From: Muribaculaceae bacterium
GTDB lineage: Bacteria; Bacteroidota; Bacteroidia; Bacteroidales; Muribaculaceae
DNA length: 64,000 nucleotides
Direction of reading: 5' to 3'
Assembly (NCBI GenBank): GCA_017620885.1
Contig: JAGAUF010000103.1
Location: 29,550-93,549 of the forward strand
Under the pieces are notes generated by a model, which had not been told where the DNA came from, ran no database searches, and worked only from the letters and a program-made list of their open reading frames with translations. Below, piece by piece: positions 19,805 through 28,799 of this stretch. The stretch's first letter is position 1. Every line of letters begins with the position of its first letter. Made by a program: the position numbers and the translations under genes.

Positions 19805-21457
19805 ATGAAAGTATCTGTATTAATATCGGGAGTGGCGGTTCTCCTGTCCCTGAGTGCGCAGGCGAGATATCCGTCGGGGTATTATGATGCTCTTGAAGGT
19901 AAGACGGGGCGCGAGTTGATGCAGGCTGCCAAGTCGATAGTTTCGAATCATACCGTAGTTAGCTACGGCGACAGAACGTGGGATGCGTTCAAGACCACGG
20001 ACGTAAAGATGGTCAATGGCCGCGAGGCATGGTGGGATATGTATTCAAATGATGTAGTTTACATTTCGGAGGGTCATCCCGGGATGAATATCGAACACAG
20101 TGTCGCGAATTCATGGTGGGGGAAGACGAAGAACGATGCGTATAAGGATTTGTTTCATTTGAATCCGTCGGAAGCTGACGCCAACAACCGCAAAGCGAAT
20201 TATCCTCTTGGCGAGATTAGCGGGTCGCCTACGTGGACCAACGGAGTGACTTCGGTCGGCCATCCTGTAAGTGGTCAGGGTGGAGGCTGCGATTACGTTT
20301 ACGAGCCTCTTGACATATATAAGGGAGATTTTGCGCGTGCATTCATGTATATTTTCACCGTCTACGACAATATCTCATGGGCGAGCAAGACGGCGTGGAT
20401 GTACAGCACGACGGATCCGTTGCTGTTCAAGCAGTGGGCGCGTGATCTGCTTATCAAGTGGAATGACAATGACCCTGTGGATGAAAAGGAGATGAATCGT
20501 CAGGAGGCAATTTATAAGATTCAGAAGAATCGTAATCCATATATCGATCTTCCCACATTGTGTCATTACATCTGGGGCGATAAGAATGGGGCGGCCTTCA
20601 ATCCGGATGGCGGCGATGAGCCTGACAATCCGGATAATCCCGACAATCCGGATAATCCCGACAATCCTGACGATCCTGTCACGCCGGGTGACAATAATGT
20701 ATTGCTGGATATGAATTTCGAGGCTGATACGTCTATTTCCGCAGTAGAGGCGAAGGGATGGTATAACGATGTAGTGTCCGGTTCACTCAGCGGATGGTAT
20801 ATCACAGACTATCAGAACAATTATTATGCGGCTGCATCAGCCTATAAGGGGACGGAAGATGGCGGTCCGTATGAGTTCTGGCTGGTTACTCCGGCGCTTA
20901 AAACAGCTAAAGATGCGAAGATGACATTGACATTCCGTACGCAGGGTGCATACGGTGTGCCGACCACAACGCTGGATATATATAAGATGACGACTGCTGA
21001 TCCACAAACAGCGGAATTGACGAAGCTTAATGCTTCAATCTGTACACCGAACGCCGATGGCGAGAAGCCGGTGTATTGTGATTGGGTTAAGAGCGGCAAT
21101 GTAGAGATTCCTCACGGCGACGAGGCCGTATATGTAGGATTCAGATATTATTCCGAGAAGGGTGGCAGCCACAATACAGCGACGTATTGTGTTGATGACA
21201 TCAAGGTTGTAACCGACAAGAGTCAGAGCGTCGGCGAGCTTGAAGGAGAGGAAAATCTTTATATCGTCGTAGCGGAAACAGGCGGAATCCGAGTTCTGAG
21301 TCCGGCAGCCGTAGATAATTTGCGCGTATTCGATCTCAGCGGCAGTGTGGTTGCATCTGTTGGTGAGGTTTGCGGCTCGGAATATGTTGCACTTGACCGC
21401 GGCATATACATTGTTACGGCCGACGGTCAGAAGCCGGTGAAGATTTGCGTGCGCTGA
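19805..21457 (+). CDS. second endonuclease I family nuclease with DNP-repeat linker, adhesin/MAM-like domain and T9SS C-terminal domain
   Basis: Signal peptide; NIEHSVANSWW, DLFHLNPSEADANNRKANYP, KGDFAR, QKNRNPYIDLP; C-terminal RVFDLSG...LDRGIYIV...KICVR. Confidence 0.85.
   Translation: MKVSVLISGVAVLLSLSAQARYPSGYYDALEGKTGRELMQAAKSIVSNHTVVSYGDRTWDAFKTTDVKMVNGREAWWDMYSNDVVYISEGHPGMNIEHSVANSWWGKTKNDAYKDLFHLNPSEADANNRKANYPLGEISGSPTWTNGVTSVGHPVSGQGGGCDYVYEPLDIYKGDFARAFMYIFTVYDNISWASKTAWMYSTTDPLLFKQWARDLLIKWNDNDPVDEKEMNRQEAIYKIQKNRNPYIDLPTLCHYIWGDKNGAAFNPDGGDEPDNPDNPDNPDNPDNPDDPVTPGDNNVLLDMNFEADTSISAVEAKGWYNDVVSGSLSGWYITDYQNNYYAAASAYKGTEDGGPYEFWLVTPALKTAKDAKMTLTFRTQGAYGVPTTTLDIYKMTTADPQTAELTKLNASICTPNADGEKPVYCDWVKSGNVEIPHGDEAVYVGFRYYSEKGGSHNTATYCVDDIKVVTDKSQSVGELEGEENLYIVVAETGGIRVLSPAAVDNLRVFDLSGSVVASVGEVCGSEYVALDRGIYIVTADGQKPVKICVR
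20621..20677 (+). repeat. coding 9/18-bp tandem repeat encoding a (PDN)n linker
   Basis: cctgacaat ccggataat cccgacaat ccggataat cccgacaat cctgacgat. Confidence 0.85.
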
Positions 21458-21488
21458 CAGTCGCGTCAAATCGGTAATAAAAAATTGA

Positions 21489-21523
21489 AATGCTCCACCG
21501 CAGAAAATGTGTGGTGGGGCATT
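21489..21523. terminator. hairpin terminator ending the nuclease locus
   Basis: AATGCTCCACCGCA...TGTGGTGGGGCATT. Confidence 0.6.
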
Positions 21524-21691
21524 AATTATGTCCGTAAGAAAAGATAAAGGCATTGAATTTGCATTTGGAGGGCAGATTTGAGCGGAATAGTTTTTTTGGA
21601 TAGAAAAGTTTTTGTAATTTTGCAGAAAATTATGAATTTAGGCCGACCCGGGCGCAGTTCGGGCCGGTCGCAACACAGATAGCAAAACATC

Positions 21692-23539
21692 ATGTTACCA
21701 GCAACAAACGTACAGACCCGCGAAAGGGTTGTCGTTAGATTCTCGGGCGACAGCGGCGATGGCATGCAGCTCGCCGGGAATATTTTTTCAAATGTGTCGG
21801 CAGGAGAGGGGAATCAGATTTCCACTTTCCCGGATTATCCGGCTGAGATTCGTGCTCCGCAAGGAACACTGAGCGGCGTATCGGGATTTCAGGTGAGTGT
21901 CGGGAAAGGAGTTCTTACTCCGGGCGACGAGGCGGATGTGCTCGTTGCGATGAATCCTGCAGCCTTAAAAACTAATATCAAGTACCTTAAAAACGACGGT
22001 ATCATCATCTGCGACGTAGACAGTTTCCGTCCGGTAGATTTGAAGAAAGCGTTGTATGAAACGGACGATCCTATCAAGGAGCTTGGGATAGATCCTAAGC
22101 GCGTGATGCTCGTTCCGATGACTACATTGCTGAAAGCAACGTTGGCCGACAGCGGAATGGATCAGAAGAGCATTCTGAAATGTAAGAATATGCTCGCTTT
22201 GGGTCTCATCTGCTGGCTGTTCGATCGTCCGGTGGATAGCGTTCTTCGCAAGCTTGAGGCCAAATTTGCCAAGAAGCCGGCAGTGTATGAGGCAAACAAG
22301 AAGGTGATCCATGCAGGATGGGACTATGGTCACAACCAGCATGCATCGATGTCGACGTACAGAATCGAGACAGAATCGGTAAAGCCGGGTATCTATACAG
22401 ACGTGAACGGTAACACGGCTACCGCATGGGGTCTTATCATGGCGTCGGAGAAGAGCGGTCGTCCCCTCTTCCTCGGTTCGTATCCTATCACTCCGGCAAC
22501 CGACATTCTCCATGAGTTGGCGAAGCGTAAAGACCTCGGCGTCAAGGCATGTCAGATGGAGGATGAGATAGCGGGTGTCTGCTCAGCTATCGGCGCTTCT
22601 TATTCCGGCGCACTTGCCGTTACATCGACTTCCGGTCCGGGTCTGGCATTGAAGAGCGAGGGTATCGGCTTGGCTGTAATAGCCGAACTGCCTCTTGTCA
22701 TCATCGACGTTCAGCGTGGCGGTCCGTCTACGGGTCTTCCGACGAAGACGGAGCAGACTGACCTTATGCAGGCTCTTTACGGCCGTAACGGAGAATCTCC
22801 GATCTGCGTCGTAGCCGCACTCAGCCCGACAGACTGCTTCGAGATGGCATTCCAGGCCGCTCGCATCGCTATCGAGCACATGACTCCGGTTATTCTTCTT
22901 ACGGACGCCTTTATCGCCAACGGTTCGTCGGCATGGCGTGTGCCTGAAGAGGAGGATTATCCCGAAATCAAACCGAATTTTGTCACTCCCGAGCTTATCG
23001 AGAAGGGTTGGCTTCCTTATCTGCGCGACGAGAAGACGCTCGCACGCTATTGGGCTCTCCCCGGCACGAAGGGTGCAATGCACCGCGTAGGTGGCTTGGA
23101 GAAAGATTTCAATACGTCAGTTATCTCAACTGACGGTCCCAACCATGAGCGTATGGTGAAGACACGTCGTCAGAAAATCGCCAATATCGCCAAAGATATT
23201 CCGGCACTTGAAATCATGGGCAAACGCGATGCCAAGACTATCCTTGTAGGATGGGGCGGTACATACGGTCATCTCCGCACGGCAGCCGACGAGCTGAACG
23301 CAATGGGACATGAGGTAGCTTTCGCACAGTTCAGATACATCAATCCTATGCCTGCCAACGCAATTGAGGAGCTTAGCAAATATGACAACATCATCGTTGC
23401 CGAACTTAACACGGGAATGTTTGCCGACTATCTGCAGCAGCATCTTCCGCTTAAGGAAATCAAGCGAATCAATAAGATTGAAGGTCAGCCCTTCCTTGTA
23501 CGCGAGGTAGTGGACGGAGTAATCAACCATATCAAATAG
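21692..23539 (+). CDS. korA: 2-oxoacid:ferredoxin oxidoreductase alpha subunit
   Basis: RFSGDSGDGMQLAG, YPAEIRAP, YPITPATDILHEL, QRGGPSTGLPTK. Confidence 0.92.
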   Translation: MLPATNVQTRERVVVRFSGDSGDGMQLAGNIFSNVSAGEGNQISTFPDYPAEIRAPQGTLSGVSGFQVSVGKGVLTPGDEADVLVAMNPAALKTNIKYLKNDGIIICDVDSFRPVDLKKALYETDDPIKELGIDPKRVMLVPMTTLLKATLADSGMDQKSILKCKNMLALGLICWLFDRPVDSVLRKLEAKFAKKPAVYEANKKVIHAGWDYGHNQHASMSTYRIETESVKPGIYTDVNGNTATAWGLIMASEKSGRPLFLGSYPITPATDILHELAKRKDLGVKACQMEDEIAGVCSAIGASYSGALAVTSTSGPGLALKSEGIGLAVIAELPLVIIDVQRGGPSTGLPTKTEQTDLMQALYGRNGESPICVVAALSPTDCFEMAFQAARIAIEHMTPVILLTDAFIANGSSAWRVPEEEDYPEIKPNFVTPELIEKGWLPYLRDEKTLARYWALPGTKGAMHRVGGLEKDFNTSVISTDGPNHERMVKTRRQKIANIAKDIPALEIMGKRDAKTILVGWGGTYGHLRTAADELNAMGHEVAFAQFRYINPMPANAIEELSKYDNIIVAELNTGMFADYLQQHLPLKEIKRINKIEGQPFLVREVVDGVINHIK

Positions 23540-23548
23540 CCTAAAGAA

Positions 23549-24571
23549 ATGGAAGCAAAAGAAACAAAATACACAGCAGCTGATTATAAGAACAGTCAAA
23601 GTGTGCGCTGGTGTCCGGGCTGCGGCGACCATGCGATACTCGCTACCCTGCACAAGGCTATGGCGGACTATGGTGTAGCTCCTGAAGACACAGTGGTGGT
23701 ATCCGGAATCGGATGTAGCTCACGTCTGCCGTATTATATGAATACGTATGGCATGCATACGATTCATGGTCGTGCCGCGGCTATTGCTACCGGAGTCAAG
23801 ACATCACGTCCTGAGCTGACTGTATGGCAGATTTCCGGCGACGGCGACGGTCTCGCAATCGGTGGTAATCACTTTATCCATGCTTTGCGTCGTAACATCG
23901 ACATAAATATTCTCCTTTTCAACAATAAGATCTACGGTCTGACCAAGGGTCAGTATTCACCGACATCCGATCGAGGCAGTATCACGAAATCGTCTCCTTA
24001 CGGAACGACGGAAGACCCGTTCATCCCCGCCGAACTCTGCTTCGGAGCCCGTGGCAATTTCTTTGCGCGCAGCTTCGACATCTCGCTTGACACGACGAAG
24101 GAGGTTATGGTGGCTGCCGCTCGCCACAAAGGATGCAGCGTAGTTGAGATTCTTCAGAACTGTATGATCTTCAACAATGGCGTCTATAACTGGCTGAGCA
24201 ACAAGGATGAGCGCGACGATCGCACGATTCATCTGCGTCACGGCGAAAAGATGCTTTTCGGCAAGAACATGGAGAAGGGTCTCGTGCAGAACGGCTTCGG
24301 ACTCAAGGCAGTAGTTGTCGGCGAGGACGGCTATACGATGGACGATGTGCTCGTGCACGACGCTCATTGCAAATCCTACTTCCTGCAGGAGCAGCTCGCA
24401 CTGATGGACGGTAAGACTCTTCCGTTGGCAATCGGTGTGATCCGCGACGTTGAGGGCGAGACTTACGAGACAGAAGTAGGCCGTCAGGTTGAAGAAGTCA
24501 AAGGGAAGAAAGGCTACGGCAATCTTCGCGATATGATTCTCAAGACTCATGAGACGTGGGAGGTGAAATAA
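23549..24571 (+). CDS. korB: 2-oxoacid:ferredoxin oxidoreductase beta subunit
   Basis: WCPGCGD, SGIGCSSR, HTIHGR, TPP motif GDGDG...NNKIYGLTKGQ. Confidence 0.93.
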   Translation: MEAKETKYTAADYKNSQSVRWCPGCGDHAILATLHKAMADYGVAPEDTVVVSGIGCSSRLPYYMNTYGMHTIHGRAAAIATGVKTSRPELTVWQISGDGDGLAIGGNHFIHALRRNIDINILLFNNKIYGLTKGQYSPTSDRGSITKSSPYGTTEDPFIPAELCFGARGNFFARSFDISLDTTKEVMVAAARHKGCSVVEILQNCMIFNNGVYNWLSNKDERDDRTIHLRHGEKMLFGKNMEKGLVQNGFGLKAVVVGEDGYTMDDVLVHDAHCKSYFLQEQLALMDGKTLPLAIGVIRDVEGETYETEVGRQVEEVKGKKGYGNLRDMILKTHETWEVK

Positions 24572-24597
24572 TCCTTTAACGTAGAAAAGATAAAAAA

Positions 24598-24632
24598 GGA
24601 GGGAGCGTATGTGCAATATATACGCTCCCTCC
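24598..24632. terminator. hairpin after korB
   Basis: GGAGGGAGCGTAT...ATACGCTCCCTCC. Confidence 0.65.
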
Positions 24633-24848
24633 GGCTGTCTTAGGTCGGGAGTGGATTAGAGATAGCTTGAGGTGAAAAAGAGCGGGGAAGCAGGTGATAA
24701 AGGGTAAAAAACGGGGTAATGATGCACAAGATAAAAAAATATGTGCATTTTTTCGTGGAAAAATTTCCGTATTCAAAAAAAATTGCGTTACTTTGCAGTC
24801 TGAAAATAACAGAAACAATAAATAAACAATAATTAAACCCTAAAGATT

Positions 24849-25085
24849 ATGTCCGACATCGAAAAAAGAGTAAAAGACATCATCGTTGACAAGCTCAGCG
24901 TAGATGAGAAGGAAGTTACTCCCGAAGCATCTTTCAGCACAGACCTTGGTGCAGATTCACTGGACACAGTAGAGCTCATCATGGAGTTTGAAAAGGAATT
25001 CGGCATCTCGATTCCTGACGAGGAGGCAGAAAAGATCACCACAGTAGGTGACGCTATCGCCTATATCGAAGCAAACGGCAAATAA
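24849..25085 (+). CDS. acpP: acyl carrier protein
   Basis: [20 protein letters not shown]. Confidence 0.97.
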   Translation: MSDIEKRVKDIIVDKLSVDEKEVTPEASFSTDLGADSLDTVELIMEFEKEFGISIPDEEAEKITTVGDAIAYIEANGK

Positions 25086-25292
25086 GAACCCGTAATCGGC
25101 AAGGAAGCACATCTCAGCCGAGGTGTTGCATCCTCGCCGGAAGTTCTTTTTTATCAGAGCTTCAATAATCAATCAGCAACAGAAGAAGCGAGGCGGCCGT
25201 ATTCGTCGTGGACTCCGTTCATGGTGAGTGCAGTTACATCTCGCTCGCTTATATAGAAACAATACCCAATAGAATATACTTAAACTCTTGAT

Positions 25293-26555
25293 ATGGAATT
25301 AATAAGAGTAGTAGTCACGGGTCTCGGTGCGCTTACGCCGATAGGCAATAACGTAGCCGAGTCGTGGGAAAACGCCGTGAATGGCGTCAGCGGTGCCGGT
25401 CCTATCACGCATTTTGACGCATCGCTGTTTAAGACGAAATTTGCGTGTGAGGTGAAGGGTTTCGATCCTGCTCAGCATTTCGACCGTAAGAAATCGCGCA
25501 CACTCGACCTCTATGCTATGTATGCTCTTGTGGCAGCTAATGAAGCTATCGCAGATGCCAAGCTCGACGATGAGGACGTTAATAAGAATCGCGTAGGCGT
25601 AATTTTCGCTGCAGGTATCGGTGGTCTCCACACGTTTGAGGAGGAAGCCGGCTACTATGCAATGCACAAGGAGAACGGCCCGAAATACAATCCTTTCTTC
25701 ATCCCGAAGATGATTGCCGACATCGCAGCCGGCCATATTTCGATCGAGCACGGTTTCCGTGGGCCTAACTTTGCTACGGTTTCCGCCTGTGCATCGTCGA
25801 ATAATGCTCTCGTGGATGCATTCAACTGTATCCGCTTAGGTATGGCTGAAGCTATTGTGGCAGGTGGTGCTGAGGCTGCTGTCTTCCCTGCCGGTGTAGG
25901 TGGTTTCAATTCAATGAAGGCTCTATCGACGCGCAATGATGATCCGGCCGGTGCATCTCGTCCGTTCTCCGGATCGCGCGATGGCTTCGTGATTGGCGAA
26001 GGTGCTGCAGCTCTCGTGCTTGAGGAGCTTGAACACGCCAAAGCTCGCGGTGCGCACATTTATTGCGAGGTAGCCGGTGCAGGTCTTTCTGCCGACGCTT
26101 ATCATATCACGGCGACGCATCCCGAAGGTCTCGGCGCTGTGCTCGTAATGGAGAATGCTCTGCAGTCTGCTGAGATGAAGCCCGAGGATATCGACTACAT
26201 CAATATGCACGGTACTTCGACTCCCGTAGGTGATATTGGCGAGGTTAAGGCTATCAAGAAAGTCTTCGGCGACCATGCATATAAGATGAACCTTAGTTCG
26301 ACGAAATCAATGACCGGTCACCTTCTTGGTGCAGCGGGTGCTCTTGAGGCTATTTTCAGTGTTAAATCACTGACTGATGGCATCGTTCCTCCTACTATCA
26401 ACCACGTAGAGGGCGACAATGACCCTGAACTGGATTACGATCTGAACTATACGTTCAATAAGGCTCAGAAGCGCGAAATCAACGCTGTTCTTTCCAACAC
26501 GTTCGGTTTCGGCGGCCACAATGCAGCCGTTATCCTGAAGAAATACAAAGGATAA
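25293..26555 (+). CDS. fabF: beta-ketoacyl-ACP synthase II
   Basis: RVVVTGLG, catalytic SACAS, HGTST, KSMTGHLLGAAG, SNTFGFGGHN. Confidence 0.96.
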   Translation: MELIRVVVTGLGALTPIGNNVAESWENAVNGVSGAGPITHFDASLFKTKFACEVKGFDPAQHFDRKKSRTLDLYAMYALVAANEAIADAKLDDEDVNKNRVGVIFAAGIGGLHTFEEEAGYYAMHKENGPKYNPFFIPKMIADIAAGHISIEHGFRGPNFATVSACASSNNALVDAFNCIRLGMAEAIVAGGAEAAVFPAGVGGFNSMKALSTRNDDPAGASRPFSGSRDGFVIGEGAAALVLEELEHAKARGAHIYCEVAGAGLSADAYHITATHPEGLGAVLVMENALQSAEMKPEDIDYINMHGTSTPVGDIGEVKAIKKVFGDHAYKMNLSSTKSMTGHLLGAAGALEAIFSVKSLTDGIVPPTINHVEGDNDPELDYDLNYTFNKAQKREINAVLSNTFGFGGHNAAVILKKYKG

Positions 26556-26582
26556 GATATAACTCTGAAAGATAAATGACGC

Positions 26583-26608
26583 GAGGCGAAATCCTAAGGT
26601 TTCGCCTC
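26583..26608. terminator. bidirectional terminator between convergent fabF and phosphatase genes
   Basis: GAGGCGAAA...TTTCGCCTC. Confidence 0.65.
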
Positions 26609-26633
26609 ATGTGTTTTGTGGTATATACAGATA

Positions 26634-27152
26634 TCAACGAGCGATTTGGTCGAACAGTGATTCTGTAGCGTCTTCGAGGAGGTCGAGGACGTGTTCGAAT
26701 CCCTCGGCGCCCTCATAGTAAGGGTCAGGGACGGAATCATAGTAGGGAAGCCGACGGAGGAAATCTGTCATACGGACGATTTTGGCTTCGTCTTCTAAGG
26801 TGGGAGCGAGTCGTCGCAGACCGTCGATGTTGGCGTCGTCCATACCGATTACGAGGTCGAAATCGTCAAAATCGCATTCATGTATCTTCCGCGAGCGGTG
26901 CGTCAGGGAATATCCTCGGCGTATAGCGTGGACGCGCATACGTTTGTCGGGGAGGTCACCGGCGTGGCCACCGTAAAGGCCGGCAGAATCAAGGAAGAAG
27001 CGGTCTGTGTCGCCGTGAGCGTCGATAACGCTCTGCATAATACCTTGTGCAGCCGGCGACCTGCAGATGTTTCCGAGGCATACAAAGAGGATGCGGATTT
27101 TCTCTCCGTTTTTATACTTGTCGCGAAGTGATTGCAGGAGTTTGTCGGTCAT
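26634..27152 (-). CDS. low molecular weight protein-tyrosine phosphatase
   Basis: FVCLGNICRSP P-loop; DSAG; VPDPYY. Confidence 0.93.
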   Translation of the reverse strand: MTDKLLQSLRDKYKNGEKIRILFVCLGNICRSPAAQGIMQSVIDAHGDTDRFFLDSAGLYGGHAGDLPDKRMRVHAIRRGYSLTHRSRKIHECDFDDFDLVIGMDDANIDGLRRLAPTLEDEAKIVRMTDFLRRLPYYDSVPDPYYEGAEGFEHVLDLLEDATESLFDQIAR

Positions 27153-27191
27153 ATATAGTCGATGTGTTGGTATTATTGGTAGAGGGGCGAA

Positions 27192-28631
27192 TCAATGTCT
27201 TTTCAATGATTCTTCTGTTTTTTCGGGGACATAGACGAAGGCGCCGAGGGTGGGATTTCCTGCGGCGAGGCGGTTGAGCCCGTCCATATCGATGATTGCC
27301 TGTTCTGTGACGAAGTCGGGATTTCCGGCTCCGATGGCGGGCGACTCATTTTTTATGTGATAATTGAAGATGTAATCTTCGCGTATGGTGTAGAAGAGGG
27401 GATTTGCGTCCCATTCGCAGGCGATGAAGTGTTCGTCGTCGTTACCCTTTGATTTGAAGAGCGTATTGTAGAAATATATTTGCGTTGCATTGAGGTCACC
27501 TTGATTGATGTCGCCGGGGAGACCGTAGATTATGCAGTTTTTGAAATCCCCTTTCATAAACGGAAGCGATGAGGCACCGGCCTCAGCATGGTCGGCGTCG
27601 GTGTGGTAAAGCGATATTATGGGGAGGAAGGGGGCTGAGAAGAGGTAATAATTGGAGAATGTGCATTGGAGGAAGGATATGTTGCCTCCGGTGAGGTCGA
27701 CGACGCTTTCGGCAGCTTCGGAGAAAATGCATCCTACGGCGTTTATGTTGGCGTATTTAGCTTTCAGTGCGCTTCCCTGTGAGTTGTGAAGCCAAGAGTT
27801 TATGAGAGTGAGTTTCGTGCGATCAGAGATTTCGCAGGAGTCTAATACGAGGCCTTGTGAGGTAGAGCGCATATCGACGTATTCAATGCTGTTGTCGAAA
27901 GATTCGGCGGTTATCGTGATGCCGTTCCATTGTCCGGCGAGGATGTCGAACCCTACGTCGGGGAGAACATTGTCGAGTCGGTCGCCGCGCATATCGATTT
28001 TGCTTGTAGGCGTTCCGACGGCTTCAATGCGTCCCTCGACACGCAATTTGGCTTTGTCGTGGAAGAGGAGTTGAGTGCCGGGGTCAATCGTGAGTGTGGC
28101 TCCTTTGGCGACGGTGAGCGAATCGAAGACTACGTAAGGCTGTTCCGGGGTCAGGCGTGTGTCTTCGGTGATGGTGACATTGCGGAGTCGAGTTACGTTT
28201 TGTCCGTATGCCTCGACGAGGACCGACTGGGCGACGCCATTGGTGATGAATTGAATTTTGTCTTCGGCGAGGAAAGGCTTGCTGTCCGGCCCTTCGGGGA
28301 GCAAACATTCAACGAATAGCCAGATGCTGTCGTTGGCACGTATTTCGACGTTAGAGAAGGTTTTTCCGCTTTGCCCGTCGACGTTGAGGGAGAAGTTGCT
28401 GTCGTCTTTCTCAAAGCGGATAGAGGAGATTACGACGCCTTTGTTGTTTCTGTTGTAAACGAGCAGGCGTGCGGTCGGGGTTCCGACTCCGGAGAAAACG
28501 GTGTCGAAAGAGAGTGTGTCGGTCGAAAAGGTTAATGTGGCCGATGAGGATGTGGTTATGTCGTCGCTGATGCAGGAAGATACTGCGATCAGACCAAAAA
28601 TTACAGTAAGAGATAATAATAAAGAGCGCAT
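27192..28631 (-). CDS. conserved Bacteroidota lipoprotein with Ig-like and right-handed beta-helix regions
   Basis: Lipobox VSS-C-ISDD from ATG at 28631; FSTDTLSFDTVF, LTIDPGT, GQWNGI; C-terminal SPAIGAG...LGAF. Confidence 0.65.
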   Translation of the reverse strand: MRSLLLSLTVIFGLIAVSSCISDDITTSSSATLTFSTDTLSFDTVFSGVGTPTARLLVYNRNNKGVVISSIRFEKDDSNFSLNVDGQSGKTFSNVEIRANDSIWLFVECLLPEGPDSKPFLAEDKIQFITNGVAQSVLVEAYGQNVTRLRNVTITEDTRLTPEQPYVVFDSLTVAKGATLTIDPGTQLLFHDKAKLRVEGRIEAVGTPTSKIDMRGDRLDNVLPDVGFDILAGQWNGITITAESFDNSIEYVDMRSTSQGLVLDSCEISDRTKLTLINSWLHNSQGSALKAKYANINAVGCIFSEAAESVVDLTGGNISFLQCTFSNYYLFSAPFLPIISLYHTDADHAEAGASSLPFMKGDFKNCIIYGLPGDINQGDLNATQIYFYNTLFKSKGNDDEHFIACEWDANPLFYTIREDYIFNYHIKNESPAIGAGNPDFVTEQAIIDMDGLNRLAAGNPTLGAFVYVPEKTEESLKRH

Positions 28632-28799
28632 AAAATACGTTATAAAAACGTGGAGTATTGTCGGGGGAAAATCTCCCTCACAATAAAAACGTCTGAAGAC
28701 CGGAAAATATTGCCGTGAAGCGATAAAATGATGATCCGGGTGAGGCTGCTTACCTTCGGGTCGTGGTTCGGCTGCGGACAAGTGACAGAATCTAAGACA

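Noticed and set aside
28632-28799. Overlapping N-terminal extensions of lpxB and the divergent lipoprotein in the ORF track
   Set aside because: Family motifs begin at the downstream ATGs (28800 and 28631); the interval is a divergent promoter region.
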